Translations under genes and position numbers: made by a program
The notes under the pieces: model-generated
Told to the model about the DNA's origin: nothing
What the model saw: the letters and a program-made list of their open reading frames with translations, nothing else
The model's database searches: none
Shown: piece after piece, positions 54,764 through 64,000 of the stretch
How the letters are laid out: each line of letters begins with the position of its first letter
Position numbering within the stretch: the first letter of the stretch is position 1
Source: Planctomycetota bacterium
GTDB lineage: Bacteria; Planctomycetota; UBA8108; SXIK01
Assembly (NCBI GenBank): GCA_965223845.1
Contig: CBDCXR010000004.1
Location: forward strand, 6,208,001 to 6,272,000
Direction of reading: 5' to 3'
Length of the DNA stretch: 64,000 nt

Positions 54764-55299
54764 CGGCGATTCGCGCGCGGGTTATCGGCCTCGATGGCGG
54801 GCCGGTTCTTCAGTTGACTCGGGGAGAAAAGGGTTCACACTGACCACTCTGTCGCGGTTTCAGGACGGCTGCGAGAGAGAAGCCGGCGGTCGCCGGCCCA
54901 GGAGCTCGAGTCGCCCGCGGTCCACTTTTGGGATGCCTCGTTCTTCGGCTCGAACCGGTTTTTTCGGACCGGCTCCTACCACGACGTGAATCGTCCGGAA
55001 GCCCGAAGTGGAGTGTTCAGAGGAGTCATCGACGAGCGGCGCGTGAGGGCCGTTCGTTCGTTCCATCGGGCCCGGGGGATGATCGATCGGACGCGAAGGC
55101 CGCGTCTCGGCGCTCGCGTTTCTCTCGCGAGCGAACCCGGGGTCGTCCCGCCGCGCGTGTTCCCCGTCCGGGCGAGGCCGGGTGATCGTTCAGACCCTTG
55201 CAGCCGCCCTGCAGCGAGCGAGGGCCGACGCGGGTCGGTCCCCCGACGGTCGGGACCGAGCTTCGCCTCGGCGCCGCGACTCCGACGCGACGAAGCCGC

Positions 55300-56985
55300 A
55301 TGATGAGATTACCGAAGTCGGCCGCCGCCCTGTCCGCCGCGGCGATGCTCTTCTGGGTTTCCACGGCGGTAGCGCAGCCGAGTGCCGAGCCTCCGACGGG
55401 GGAGGTCTCCGCGCAGCCGGCGCCGCCCACCGGGGAGGACGAGGGCGAGGAGCCGGAGCCGCTCACGACTCGCATCGAGAACGGGATCACGGACGGTGGG
55501 ACCGAGCTCTCGCTCTCGCTCGAAGACGCCATCCGAATGGCGGTCGAGAACAATCTCAACGTGCGCATCGCGCGGCTGGATGACGCGATCCGCCAGCGGG
55601 ACGTCGTCTTCGCGCGGTCGGCCTTCGATCCGTTCTTCAACGTCTCCGCGACGTACGCGAAGAATCGCGACCCGACGGTGAGCTTCCTCGACGTCGGTAC
55701 CGGCGCCCAGGGCGTTACGGTCAACCCGTCCGAGATCACGACGTACTCGACCGGCGTCTCCGGGCTCTTCGTTCTCGGAACTTCCTACGACTTCCGCGTC
55801 GAGCAGAACGAGTTCGACCGGCCGGCGGCGGCGAGCGGAGGAATCACCGTCCTCAACCCGGTGACCCGCACCCAAGCGGTCGCCGACCTCCGCCAGCCGC
55901 TCCTTCGCGGCGCGTGGTACGCGGTCAACTCCGCCGACCTCCGCATCGCGCTCAACCAGCTCGATTGGTCGAGGGAGGCCTTCGAGCTCGTCGTGATCGA
56001 CACCGTCTACCAGGTGGAGGCGGCCTACTGGGACCTCGTCTTCGCCGTTCAGAACTACCGTTCGATCGGGAAGAGCCTCGAGGTCGATCTGGAGAATCTC
56101 GAAAACGCCCGCAAGCGGCTGGAGGTCGGCAAGTACTCGCCGAACGACGTCACCGTCGCCGAGGCGCAGTGGGTCCTCCGCAAAGTAACCCGCGAGCAGG
56201 CCGTCCTCGAACTCCTCGTGGCTCGCGACCGACTGCTCGATCTCGTCAACTACTCCGGCGAGCGATCGCTCGTCGAAGGGTGGCGGGCCGGAGGTGGCAA
56301 GGGATCGTACGATGACGTCGAGATCATCCTCGAGACCCCGCCCGACTCGGAGCTGCCCGACCTCGATATCGACACGGCTCTCGCGAACGCGATGAAGCAC
56401 CGCGCGGATTACCGGCAGGTTCTCGTCGAGCTCCGAAACCAGAAGATCCGCGTCGAGGTCGCGCGGAACAATCTTCTTCCGCAGCTCGATCTCCTCGGCC
56501 GCTGGACGCAGCTCGGACTCGACGACACCTATCACGAGTCCTACTCGAGCGTCGGCGACGGAGATTTCTACGACTGGTTCGTCGGCGTGGAGCTCTCGGT
56601 TCCGCTGTCCAACCGCGGACCGCGAAGCCGTTACCGAAACGCCCGCGAGGAGCACCGCAAGCTCGCGCTCCAGAAACACAGCCTTGAGAACCAAGTCGCG
56701 CTCGAGGTGGCGGCGGCGGTGCGCGAGATCGAGAATCTCCGGCGGCGAGTCGTCGACCGCGCCCGGCACGTCGAGCTTCAAACCCAGCTCGTCGTGGACG
56801 AGCGAAACAAGCTCGAGGCCGGTCGAACCATCGCGTACACGGTGAGCATCATCGAGAACGATCTCGTCACGGCCGAGACGGATGCCCTGCGCGCGCAGGC
56901 GGATCTTCAGAAGGCCAAGGCGGAGTACTACCGCGCCACCGGCACGCTGCTCCAGGAGCGGCGGATCTGGGTGGGGGAGCCGTAG
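55300..56985 (+). CDS. TolC-family outer-membrane efflux protein
   Basis: Signal peptide; LSLEDAIRMAVENN, LRQPLLRG, VEAAYWDL, LLPQLDL and VELSVPL motifs. Confidence 0.88.
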   Translation: MMRLPKSAAALSAAAMLFWVSTAVAQPSAEPPTGEVSAQPAPPTGEDEGEEPEPLTTRIENGITDGGTELSLSLEDAIRMAVENNLNVRIARLDDAIRQRDVVFARSAFDPFFNVSATYAKNRDPTVSFLDVGTGAQGVTVNPSEITTYSTGVSGLFVLGTSYDFRVEQNEFDRPAAASGGITVLNPVTRTQAVADLRQPLLRGAWYAVNSADLRIALNQLDWSREAFELVVIDTVYQVEAAYWDLVFAVQNYRSIGKSLEVDLENLENARKRLEVGKYSPNDVTVAEAQWVLRKVTREQAVLELLVARDRLLDLVNYSGERSLVEGWRAGGGKGSYDDVEIILETPPDSELPDLDIDTALANAMKHRADYRQVLVELRNQKIRVEVARNNLLPQLDLLGRWTQLGLDDTYHESYSSVGDGDFYDWFVGVELSVPLSNRGPRSRYRNAREEHRKLALQKHSLENQVALEVAAAVREIENLRRRVVDRARHVELQTQLVVDERNKLEAGRTIAYTVSIIENDLVTAETDALRAQADLQKAKAEYYRATGTLLQERRIWVGEP

Positions 56986-57010
56986 CGCCGGTCGATCGCG
57001 CTCGAACGCC

Positions 57011-59461
57011 CTAACGCGCTTTCAGCTCGACCTCGAGTGTGACGCGCTCCTCGCCGCGGAGAACGGTGATCTCCACCTTGTCGCCGGGCTTGTGCTCCCG
57101 CAAGAAACCCGTCCAGTGCTGGACGTTTTCCACTTCCTTGCCGCCCCACTCGACGAGGACGTCCCCGGCCTTCACGCCGGCCGCCGCCGCCGCCGATCCG
57201 TCCCGAATGTCCTCGAAACGAACCCCTCGCGACTCGAAGGCGTAGTCCGGTACCGAGCCGAACGACACGCCGAACCCGCGCCGGGCGGGAAACTTCGCCG
57301 TCAGCGAGACGCTCTCGTCCCCCCGGGTGACCTCGATCTCGATCTCGCTCCCGGCTTCGACGGCGCGCACCGCGCGGACGAGATCGGCGACCGAGCGGAC
57401 CGTCGTCTTCCCGAAGCGGTGGACGAGATCCCCCGCGCGGACGCCCGCTTTCTCGGCGACGGAATCGGTGACGACTTCGCGGACGAGGGCGCCGCGGCGA
57501 GCGTCGGCCGGCTGGAGGAGGACGCCGAGCTGCGGCCGATTGGAGCCCGAGGATGCGACCTGCGAGTGCGGGTTGAACACCGGGGCGGTGGGGGATGCGG
57601 CCAAGTTCTCCACCGTTGCGCGCACGAGATCCACGATCTTGGTGAGGCCATCGAGATTGAGCGTCTCGAGGTCGTCCGTCGGACGATTGTAGTCGCGGTG
57701 CATCCCGGTGAAGAAGAAGAGCACGGGAATCTGCTCCGAGAGAAAAGGCGCGTGGTCCGAGCCGCCCCCGCCGGGTCCGCGCGCCGGCCGGGCCTCGATG
57801 CCCCCGACCGCTGCGGTGGCCTTGGCGAGGAGACCATCGAAGGCGGGCGAGCTGTCGGCGCCGATCACGCTCACGCCCACTGGGTCCGAGCCCTTGGCTC
57901 GGCCGATCATGTCGAGATTCACCATGGCCTTCACCTGGTGGAGCGGCGCGGGGCCGGCGGCGAGCTCGAGAGATTCGAGCGGGAGCCAACCGGAGCGCCC
58001 GGCGCTCGGCGCTTCGACCTCGAGCGAGCCGTGGGCGGGGCTCCGTGTCGCGACGACCGTCGTCCCGGCGGAGAGCTCGACGCCCTCCTCCGCACCCGGG
58101 TGAGCGACGAGCTTCGCCGCCGAACGGAGGCGATAGCGCCGGGGCGAACGAACCCAGTGACGGCTTCCGAGGAGACCGATCTCCTCGCCGGAGAAGCAGA
58201 GAAAGAGCACGGATCGCCGCTCCTCGGCGCTCGCTCCGTCCGCCGCCGCGCCCGCGAGGACGCGCGCGACCTCGAGGATGCCGGCGGTCCCGCTCGCGTT
58301 GTCGTCGGCGCCATTGTGGATCGCACCGAAGTTCGATCGCTGCACTTGGTTTCCGAACCGCCCGATGTGGTCGTAGTGCCCCCCGACGACGATCGTCTCG
58401 TCGGCGAGCTTGCCCGCGCCGGGTAGACGCGCCGCGACGTTTCGAAGGACGCGGTGGGCGGGGCGCGTTCCGAAGCGAAGCCGCACCCCGTCGAGCACGA
58501 AGCTGTTCGGCTTGGCCGAGGAGTCGATTCCCGCGACGACCGCCCCGAGGTCGTGCCCGCGCCCGCGAAAGAGTTCCGCGGCGACCTCGAAGGGGACGAG
58601 GATCGACGGCACGGTCGGGTGTCGTGGCGAGGCTCGACGGACGAATCCCTGGAGGTTCTGCACGCTATCGACTTCGCGTCCGGCGGAATCGTGGCCCGGC
58701 GGAGTCACGAAGACGACCCCGGCCGCCCCGCGCTGCCGCGCCGCCGCGAGTTTCGCGACGAACGGCGCGTGCGGACTGCGATTCCCGCCAAACTTCTCTC
58801 CGGGCGGAACGAAACGAAGAACGACGAGGATCTTTCCGGCGACGTCGAGCCCCGCGAAATCGTCGTACTCGCCGCCGTCGAGGCTCACGCCGTACCCGGC
58901 GAAGGCGAGCGGCGCGTCGACACTCGCGGATTCCCCGAACGCGATCGGGAACGCGTCCACCCACGCTTCCCAGGTGGTCTCGTCCTCCGTCTCGAAGTCG
59001 ATCGCGACGCCGCGTCCGTCCGCGAACTCCGTCCCGTAGGGCGCAGTGAAGTAGTCGAAGTAGCTGCCGCGATCGCCGGCCGGCTCGAGACCGTAGGAGC
59101 GAAAGGTCTCGGCGAGATACTCCGCCGCGATCTCGAGCCCCGGTTCGCCGCTGTCGCGACCCGCGAGGAGATCGGCGGCGAGAAACTCGACGTGACGAGC
59201 GAGCTCGGCTCGCGCTACGGCCGGCGGGGGAGCGGGGGATGGCTCGTCGTCGGCGAACGAGCGAGGGCTCGGGAGCGAGAGGAGCGAGCCGAGGGCAACG
59301 GCGACCGCGCACCGGCGCGAGACTGAAGCGCACGATGAGGGTGAGCGAATGACATCGCGGCGAGACGAGACGATCGATCGGTACACGTTGAATCCTCGCG
59401 AGGGAGCGGTGGGGATCGCCGCCGCGGGGCGGGGCGATTCCGCGGTACTTTGGCGGTACAT
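57011..59461 (-). CDS. M28-family peptidase with PA domain, SH3-like insert and two PDZ domains
   Basis: GGHYDH, GADDNASG, FSGEEIGLLGS, NLDMIGR, GSDH; PA-domain motif FAGYG...DVAGKILVV; two C-terminal PDZ; start uncertain. Confidence 0.9.
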   Translation of the reverse strand: MYRQSTAESPRPAAAIPTAPSRGFNVYRSIVSSRRDVIRSPSSCASVSRRCAVAVALGSLLSLPSPRSFADDEPSPAPPPAVARAELARHVEFLAADLLAGRDSGEPGLEIAAEYLAETFRSYGLEPAGDRGSYFDYFTAPYGTEFADGRGVAIDFETEDETTWEAWVDAFPIAFGESASVDAPLAFAGYGVSLDGGEYDDFAGLDVAGKILVVLRFVPPGEKFGGNRSPHAPFVAKLAAARQRGAAGVVFVTPPGHDSAGREVDSVQNLQGFVRRASPRHPTVPSILVPFEVAAELFRGRGHDLGAVVAGIDSSAKPNSFVLDGVRLRFGTRPAHRVLRNVAARLPGAGKLADETIVVGGHYDHIGRFGNQVQRSNFGAIHNGADDNASGTAGILEVARVLAGAAADGASAEERRSVLFLCFSGEEIGLLGSRHWVRSPRRYRLRSAAKLVAHPGAEEGVELSAGTTVVATRSPAHGSLEVEAPSAGRSGWLPLESLELAAGPAPLHQVKAMVNLDMIGRAKGSDPVGVSVIGADSSPAFDGLLAKATAAVGGIEARPARGPGGGGSDHAPFLSEQIPVLFFFTGMHRDYNRPTDDLETLNLDGLTKIVDLVRATVENLAASPTAPVFNPHSQVASSGSNRPQLGVLLQPADARRGALVREVVTDSVAEKAGVRAGDLVHRFGKTTVRSVADLVRAVRAVEAGSEIEIEVTRGDESVSLTAKFPARRGFGVSFGSVPDYAFESRGVRFEDIRDGSAAAAAGVKAGDVLVEWGGKEVENVQHWTGFLREHKPGDKVEITVLRGEERVTLEVELKAR

Positions 59462-59768
59462 TCCGAGGGGAAGATTTCAGTCGAACTCGGCGCGCGAATC
59501 GAAACTCCTCGCCGCGGTCCGAGCTCCTCGACAGATTGTAGTCGAGCGGTTCGGCCGGCGCTTCGAATCTAGTCTCTTCGAGAAGCGCGGTGCTCGTCTT
59601 GAGAGACCGCGCCGCGGGCGGCGGTCGGCGCGCCCGACGGGCCGGAAACTCTCGCCGATCGGAGCTCGCGGAAGCACCTCCCTGTATGATGCCATCGCTC
59701 GAAGCTGCCGCTATTCTTCGGCTGTCCGCCGCGTGGATGCCGACCCTTCCTCTTCCCCGAATCGCCCT

Positions 59769-60737
59769 GTGACCGTCGTTGCCGTCCACAATCCGAGCTC
59801 TCGGCGGGGACGCGAGGTCGCCGAGCGATTCCGCCGCCGCGCGGGCGAGCTGGAGGTCGAAGTCCAGTGGATCGAGATCGCCGCGCTCGCCAGCGCCTCT
59901 CCGCCGGCCGAGCGGGTGGTCGCCATCGGGGGAGACGGAACGGTCAACGCGGCCTGCGATTGGCTGCGGCGAACGGGCGGGGCGGGGCCGGTCGCGATCG
60001 TGCCGGCCGGCACGGGGAACAACCTCGCCCGCGGTCTCGCGATCCCGCTCGAGGTTGATGCCGCCTTCGACGTCGCGCTCACGAGCGCTGCGACGGCGCC
60101 GATCGATGCGATTCTCTACCGCCTCGCCGCGACCGGGGAAGAACGCATCGCGATTCAGATCACGGCTCTCGGGTTTCCGGCGGAGGTCGCCGAGCGGTAC
60201 GACGAGCTGCGCGCGCGCCCGTGGTTTCGTCGGCTCGCCGCGCCGCTCGGTCCCTACGTCTACCGCTTGCTCGCGCTCGGCGCGATCCGGCGGCAACGCC
60301 GGCGCGAGCGCGCAGGCGAGCTCGCGCGCGTCACGGCGACGTTTCCCGAGGGGTCGTTCGAGGGGACGGCCGCGGCGGTGTTCGCGGGAAACGAGTGCTC
60401 GCTCGGGGGCAATTTCATCCCTTGCCCTCGCGCGAGGCTCGACGACGGCCGACTCGACCTCTGCATCCTCCGCTCGGGCACCGAAGTGGGATACTTGAAG
60501 CTGTTCGGTGCGGTCGCGAAGGGCGAGCACCTCCGCTACAAGGACGCCGTCTTCTACGCCCAGAGCACCGGACCGGTGACGATCGCGACCGACCGCGCGG
60601 GACCGCTCCTCAGTGACGGCGATCTCTGGCTCCGCGGCGATGCGTTCGAACTCGAAGTTCTCCCGCGCGCGTTCGCGATCGTCGTACCTCCGGTCGCGAA
60701 GGAGCCGACGACCGGGACATCTCGAGCGGAGAATTGA
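59769..60737 (+). CDS. Diacylglycerol kinase family lipid kinase
   Basis: NPSS, IGGDGTVN, VPAGTGNNLAR, ARLDDGRLD and SDGD; start inferred. Confidence 0.88.
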   Translation: MTVVAVHNPSSRRGREVAERFRRRAGELEVEVQWIEIAALASASPPAERVVAIGGDGTVNAACDWLRRTGGAGPVAIVPAGTGNNLARGLAIPLEVDAAFDVALTSAATAPIDAILYRLAATGEERIAIQITALGFPAEVAERYDELRARPWFRRLAAPLGPYVYRLLALGAIRRQRRRERAGELARVTATFPEGSFEGTAAAVFAGNECSLGGNFIPCPRARLDDGRLDLCILRSGTEVGYLKLFGAVAKGEHLRYKDAVFYAQSTGPVTIATDRAGPLLSDGDLWLRGDAFELEVLPRAFAIVVPPVAKEPTTGTSRAEN

Positions 60738-60837
60738 ACGGCGGTCGCGCGCAGGTCGGCAGACGGCGTTTCGGGTACAATTCCCCCGCGCTGGAGCCAC
60801 GCGATTCATTCTCTTCGTTCGATTCTGCGGAGCGATC

Positions 60838-61371
60838 GTGACCGATCTTCCCGTTCCCCGAGAGCTGACCGCCGACGAGCGCCGTCTCGTCGAGGCAGCG
60901 CGAGAGAAGGCTCGCGTTCTCTACGAGGGCCGCCGCGTCCCGCACCGGAGCTGCGGCATCGCGCTCGCCGAAACCTTCAATCTCCCGGCGAGTCCCTACC
61001 AATCGCTCCGCCGCGGAGGAATCACGGGCGCGGGTGAATGCGGGGCGATCAAGGCGGGGGAGCTCGTCCTCGGCGAGTACTTCGGCGATCCGGATCCCGC
61101 CGGTCCCGTGACGCCATCTCTCCGCGCCGCCGCTTCCCACTACCGTTCGCTCTGGGAGAGCGGACTCGACCGGGGGCCGGGCGGAGCAAAGGGCAGCATC
61201 GTTTGTAACGACCTCACCGCGCCGCACGGCGAATTCACCGGCTCGGCGCGTCAGTCGTTTTGCACGTCGCTCGCCGCCGGAGTGGCCGCGGCGGTCGCCG
61301 AGACTCTCCTCGCGTTCGGCGCGGAGTTCGACGTGACACCGATCCCGGAGCTCGCCGACGAACCCGGGTGA
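60838..61371 (+). CDS. C-GCAxxG-C-C family putative redox protein
   Basis: SCGIA...GGITGAGECGAIKAG...SIVCNDL...FCTSL cysteine pattern. Confidence 0.75.
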   Translation: MTDLPVPRELTADERRLVEAAREKARVLYEGRRVPHRSCGIALAETFNLPASPYQSLRRGGITGAGECGAIKAGELVLGEYFGDPDPAGPVTPSLRAAASHYRSLWESGLDRGPGGAKGSIVCNDLTAPHGEFTGSARQSFCTSLAAGVAAAVAETLLAFGAEFDVTPIPELADEPG

Positions 61372-61497
61372 TCGATTCCTGCGCCGACCGAGGACCGCCG
61401 AGCCCCGCGTACCGCTTCCGCCGCGGCCCGCCCCTTCCCGACCTCTTTCAACGAAAGATCCGAGCATGAGCGTCTCGACGATGCAGCGGCGACGGCC

Positions 61498-62742
61498 ATG
61501 AACATTCGTGCGAACTCCCGCGAAGCGAACGGAATGCGCGCGGCGGCCGTCGTCAGCACTGAAGCGGACACGCTCGCCGCCGGAGTCGAGGTTGCGAGTG
61601 CGATCCGTGCGGCCTTCCCTTCCGCGCCGATCGATCTCGCCTGCCTCTTCATCACGCCTCAGCATGCGCGTCGTCTCGAGGAGGTCGTCGCCGCGATTCA
61701 CCGCGATGTCGCTCCCCGCCACCTCATCGGCTGCACCGCCGAGAGCGTCGTCGCCGGCGAGCGGGAGTTCGAGCAGTGCGCGGCGATCTCTCTCTGGGCC
61801 GCGAGTTTTCCGCCGGGTGCCGTCGTCGAGACCGCGCACGTTCGTGCGGAGGAGACGCCGGACGGCCTCGCGTTCGTCGGCCTTCCGAGCTTGGACCCTC
61901 CCGACCGGTCGGCGCTCCTCCTCTTCGGCGAGCCGTTTTCGTTTCGCATCGATGAATGGCTCCGGCGCTTCGGGGAAGACCACGCCGGCGTGCCCGTCTT
62001 CGGCGGGATGGCCAGCGGATCGCGGCGACCCGGCGAGAACCGCCTCTTCCTCGGCGGTCGAGTGGCCGTCCACGGTGCCGTCGTCGCCAAGCTCGGAGGA
62101 ACCGTGTCGGTGCGAGGGGTGGTCTCGCAAGGTTGCCGCCCGTTCGGCGAAAAGTTCGTCGTCACACGCGCGGACGGATCCCTCGTCTTCGAGATCGGAG
62201 GCGTCCCGGCGCTCGAGCGGCTGAAGGAGCAAGCCTCGCGCCTCTCGCCGACGGAGCTCGACCGACTGAGCGGCGGCGTTCACCTCGGCATCGCGATCGA
62301 CCCGAGAAAGTCGCGGCCGACGCGGGGCGACTTCCTCGTCCGCAACATCGTCGGCTGGGATGACGAGCGAGGCCTCATCGCGGTAGCGGACGCCGTGCGG
62401 CCGGGAGCGACCGTTCAGTTTCACTTGCGCGACGCCGAGGCGGCATCCGAAGATCTCGCCGATCTCCTCGACGTCGCCTCGACGGGTGGCGACCCCGTCG
62501 GGGGCCTGCTCTTCAGCTGCAACGGTCGCGGATCCCGGCTCTTCGACGCCCCGGATCACGATGCCGGTCATGTGAGCCGGCGCTTCGATGCGCTCCCGCT
62601 CGGCGGTTTTTTCGCGGCGGGCGAGCTCGGTCCGATCGCGGGGCGGAACTTTCTTCATGGCTTTACGGCGAGTGCGGCGCTCTTCGAGCCGTTGGTCGCG
62701 CCGACGTCATCGCCGAAACCCCCCGGAACTTCGAACGAATGA
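61498..62742 (+). CDS. FIST (FIST_N + FIST_C) domain protein
   Basis: LIGCTA, VFGGMASG, VSQGCRPFG, VQFHLRDA, LLFSCNGRG and GFFAAGELGP. Confidence 0.92.
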   Translation: MNIRANSREANGMRAAAVVSTEADTLAAGVEVASAIRAAFPSAPIDLACLFITPQHARRLEEVVAAIHRDVAPRHLIGCTAESVVAGEREFEQCAAISLWAASFPPGAVVETAHVRAEETPDGLAFVGLPSLDPPDRSALLLFGEPFSFRIDEWLRRFGEDHAGVPVFGGMASGSRRPGENRLFLGGRVAVHGAVVAKLGGTVSVRGVVSQGCRPFGEKFVVTRADGSLVFEIGGVPALERLKEQASRLSPTELDRLSGGVHLGIAIDPRKSRPTRGDFLVRNIVGWDDERGLIAVADAVRPGATVQFHLRDAEAASEDLADLLDVASTGGDPVGGLLFSCNGRGSRLFDAPDHDAGHVSRRFDALPLGGFFAAGELGPIAGRNFLHGFTASAALFEPLVAPTSSPKPPGTSNE

Positions 62743-63920
62743 ATCACCTCGAACCACGCGGTCGGCTTCTTCTCGGGCCCGGACCGTCCTCCGTTCACCC
62801 GCGAGTCTCCGAAGCGCTCGCCAAGCCGCTCGTCGGGCACCTCGACCCGCAGTTTCTCGCGATCATGAACGAGACGCAGGCGCTGCTTCGCCAGACGTTT
62901 CGGACCGAAAATCGGCTGACGATTTCGGTCTCCGGGACGGGAAGCGCCGGCATGGAGGCTGCCTTCGTCAATCTCGTCGAGCCGGGGGACACCGTGCTCG
63001 TCTGCGTCAACGGCGTTTTCGGAAACCGGATGAGCGACATCGTCGAGCGGATCGGCGGTCGGCTCGAACGGATCGATCGTCCGTGGGGTGAGGTGTTCGA
63101 TCCCGCCGAGGTCGAGAGCGCGCTCGAACGAAATCCGTCGATTAGCGTAGTTGCTATCGTCCACGCAGAAACCTCTACGGGTGCACATCAACCCCTCGAA
63201 GCCATCGCGACTCTCTGTCGCGAGCGCGGCGTGCTCCTTCTCGTCGACGCGGTGACGTCGCTCGGAGGAGAAGAGCTCGACATCGACGGGTGGGGGATCG
63301 ACGTCTGTTACAGTGGCACGCAGAAGTGCCTCAGTTGTCCGCCGGGGCTGGCGCCCGTGACGTTCGGGCCGCGCGCCGAGGAGAAGCTCGCGGCGCGGAA
63401 GTCGAAGGTCGTGAGCTGGTATCTCGACTTGACGATGATCCAGAAGTACTGGACGGACGGCGAGCGCGTCTACCACCACACCGCACCGATCGCGATGAAC
63501 TACGGGCTCCACGCGGCGCTTCAGCTCGTCGCGGAGGAAGGGCTCGACGCGCGGATCGCTCGACATCGCCGCAATAGCGCCGCTCTCCTGAGCGGGCTCA
63601 CCGCGCTCGGTTTTCGCATGTTCGCGGCGGAGGGATATCGGCTGCCGATGCTGAATTCGGTTTGGCTCCCCGAGGGCGTCGAGGATGCGCCTACGCGAAA
63701 GCGGCTTCTCGAGACGCACAATATCGAGGTCGGCGCCGGCCTCGGGGATCTCGCCGGGAAGATCTGGCGCATCGGGCTCATGGGTGAGTCGAGCCGGCGC
63801 GAACACGTGCTTCGATTCCTCGCTGCGCTCGAGAGCGAGCTCTACGAGGCGGGGCACTCGGACCGAGTGGGCGCGGGGATCGAGGCGGCGGTGGCGTCGT
63901 ATCGTAGCGCCGGGAATTGA
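62739..63920 (+). CDS. Alanine-glyoxylate/serine-pyruvate aminotransferase (class V PLP)
   Basis: LLGPGPS, GTGSAGME, HAETSTG, VDAVTSLGG, SGTQKCL (PLP Lys), YHHTAP and WRIGLMG. Confidence 0.95.
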   Translation: MNHLEPRGRLLLGPGPSSVHPRVSEALAKPLVGHLDPQFLAIMNETQALLRQTFRTENRLTISVSGTGSAGMEAAFVNLVEPGDTVLVCVNGVFGNRMSDIVERIGGRLERIDRPWGEVFDPAEVESALERNPSISVVAIVHAETSTGAHQPLEAIATLCRERGVLLLVDAVTSLGGEELDIDGWGIDVCYSGTQKCLSCPPGLAPVTFGPRAEEKLAARKSKVVSWYLDLTMIQKYWTDGERVYHHTAPIAMNYGLHAALQLVAEEGLDARIARHRRNSAALLSGLTALGFRMFAAEGYRLPMLNSVWLPEGVEDAPTRKRLLETHNIEVGAGLGDLAGKIWRIGLMGESSRREHVLRFLAALESELYEAGHSDRVGAGIEAAVASYRSAGN

Positions 63921-64000
63921 ATCGATTCTGGTGAGGGACGGCGGGGCGGGCGTAGACTCTAAGCGATGTCCGCCGGAGCTCCGCCGACACTCGGATCGGA

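Noticed and set aside
54764-55299. oriC or ncRNA in the intergenic gap after parB
   Set aside because: No TTATCCACA-type DnaA boxes, AT-rich unwinding element or recognisable RNA motif seen.
58665-62658. Long antisense ORFs (714 aa and 682 aa; likewise 43293-45332, 18846-20723 and the 5' part of 39400-41631)
   Set aside because: Shadow ORFs of real genes in high-GC DNA; Arg-rich with no motifs.

Overview
High-GC bacterial chromosomal DNA with strong Planctomycetota hallmarks: a DUF1592/DUF1552 cytochrome c pair, a membrane-anchored ECF sigma factor, an ECF sigma/Ser-Thr kinase pair and dockerin-tailed secreted proteins. The right part looks origin-proximal, with nine perfect parS sites directly upstream of parA-parB, next to tatA, a TolC-family gene, an M28 peptidase, acs and metabolic genes. 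The strongest candidate for new biology is a ~1372-aa FG-GAP/ASPIC-UnbV/thioredoxin/TPR lipoprotein split by one in-frame TGA (…TGDL-TGA-SFFWRQVV…) followed by a bacterial-SECIS-like hairpin, i.e. a probable unannotated selenoprotein. Also notable: three unrelated secreted proteins sharing a 4-Cys dockerin-like tail; a 27-bp inverted-repeat element enclosing a (CA)9(CT)15 microsatellite; a RAYT transposase; an SH3-like insert inside the M28 catalytic domain; a giant LptA/OstA-like protein; and an ABC-PDZ-double FG-GAP operon. All family assignments come from motif recognition by eye; no searches were run and some start codons are uncertain.
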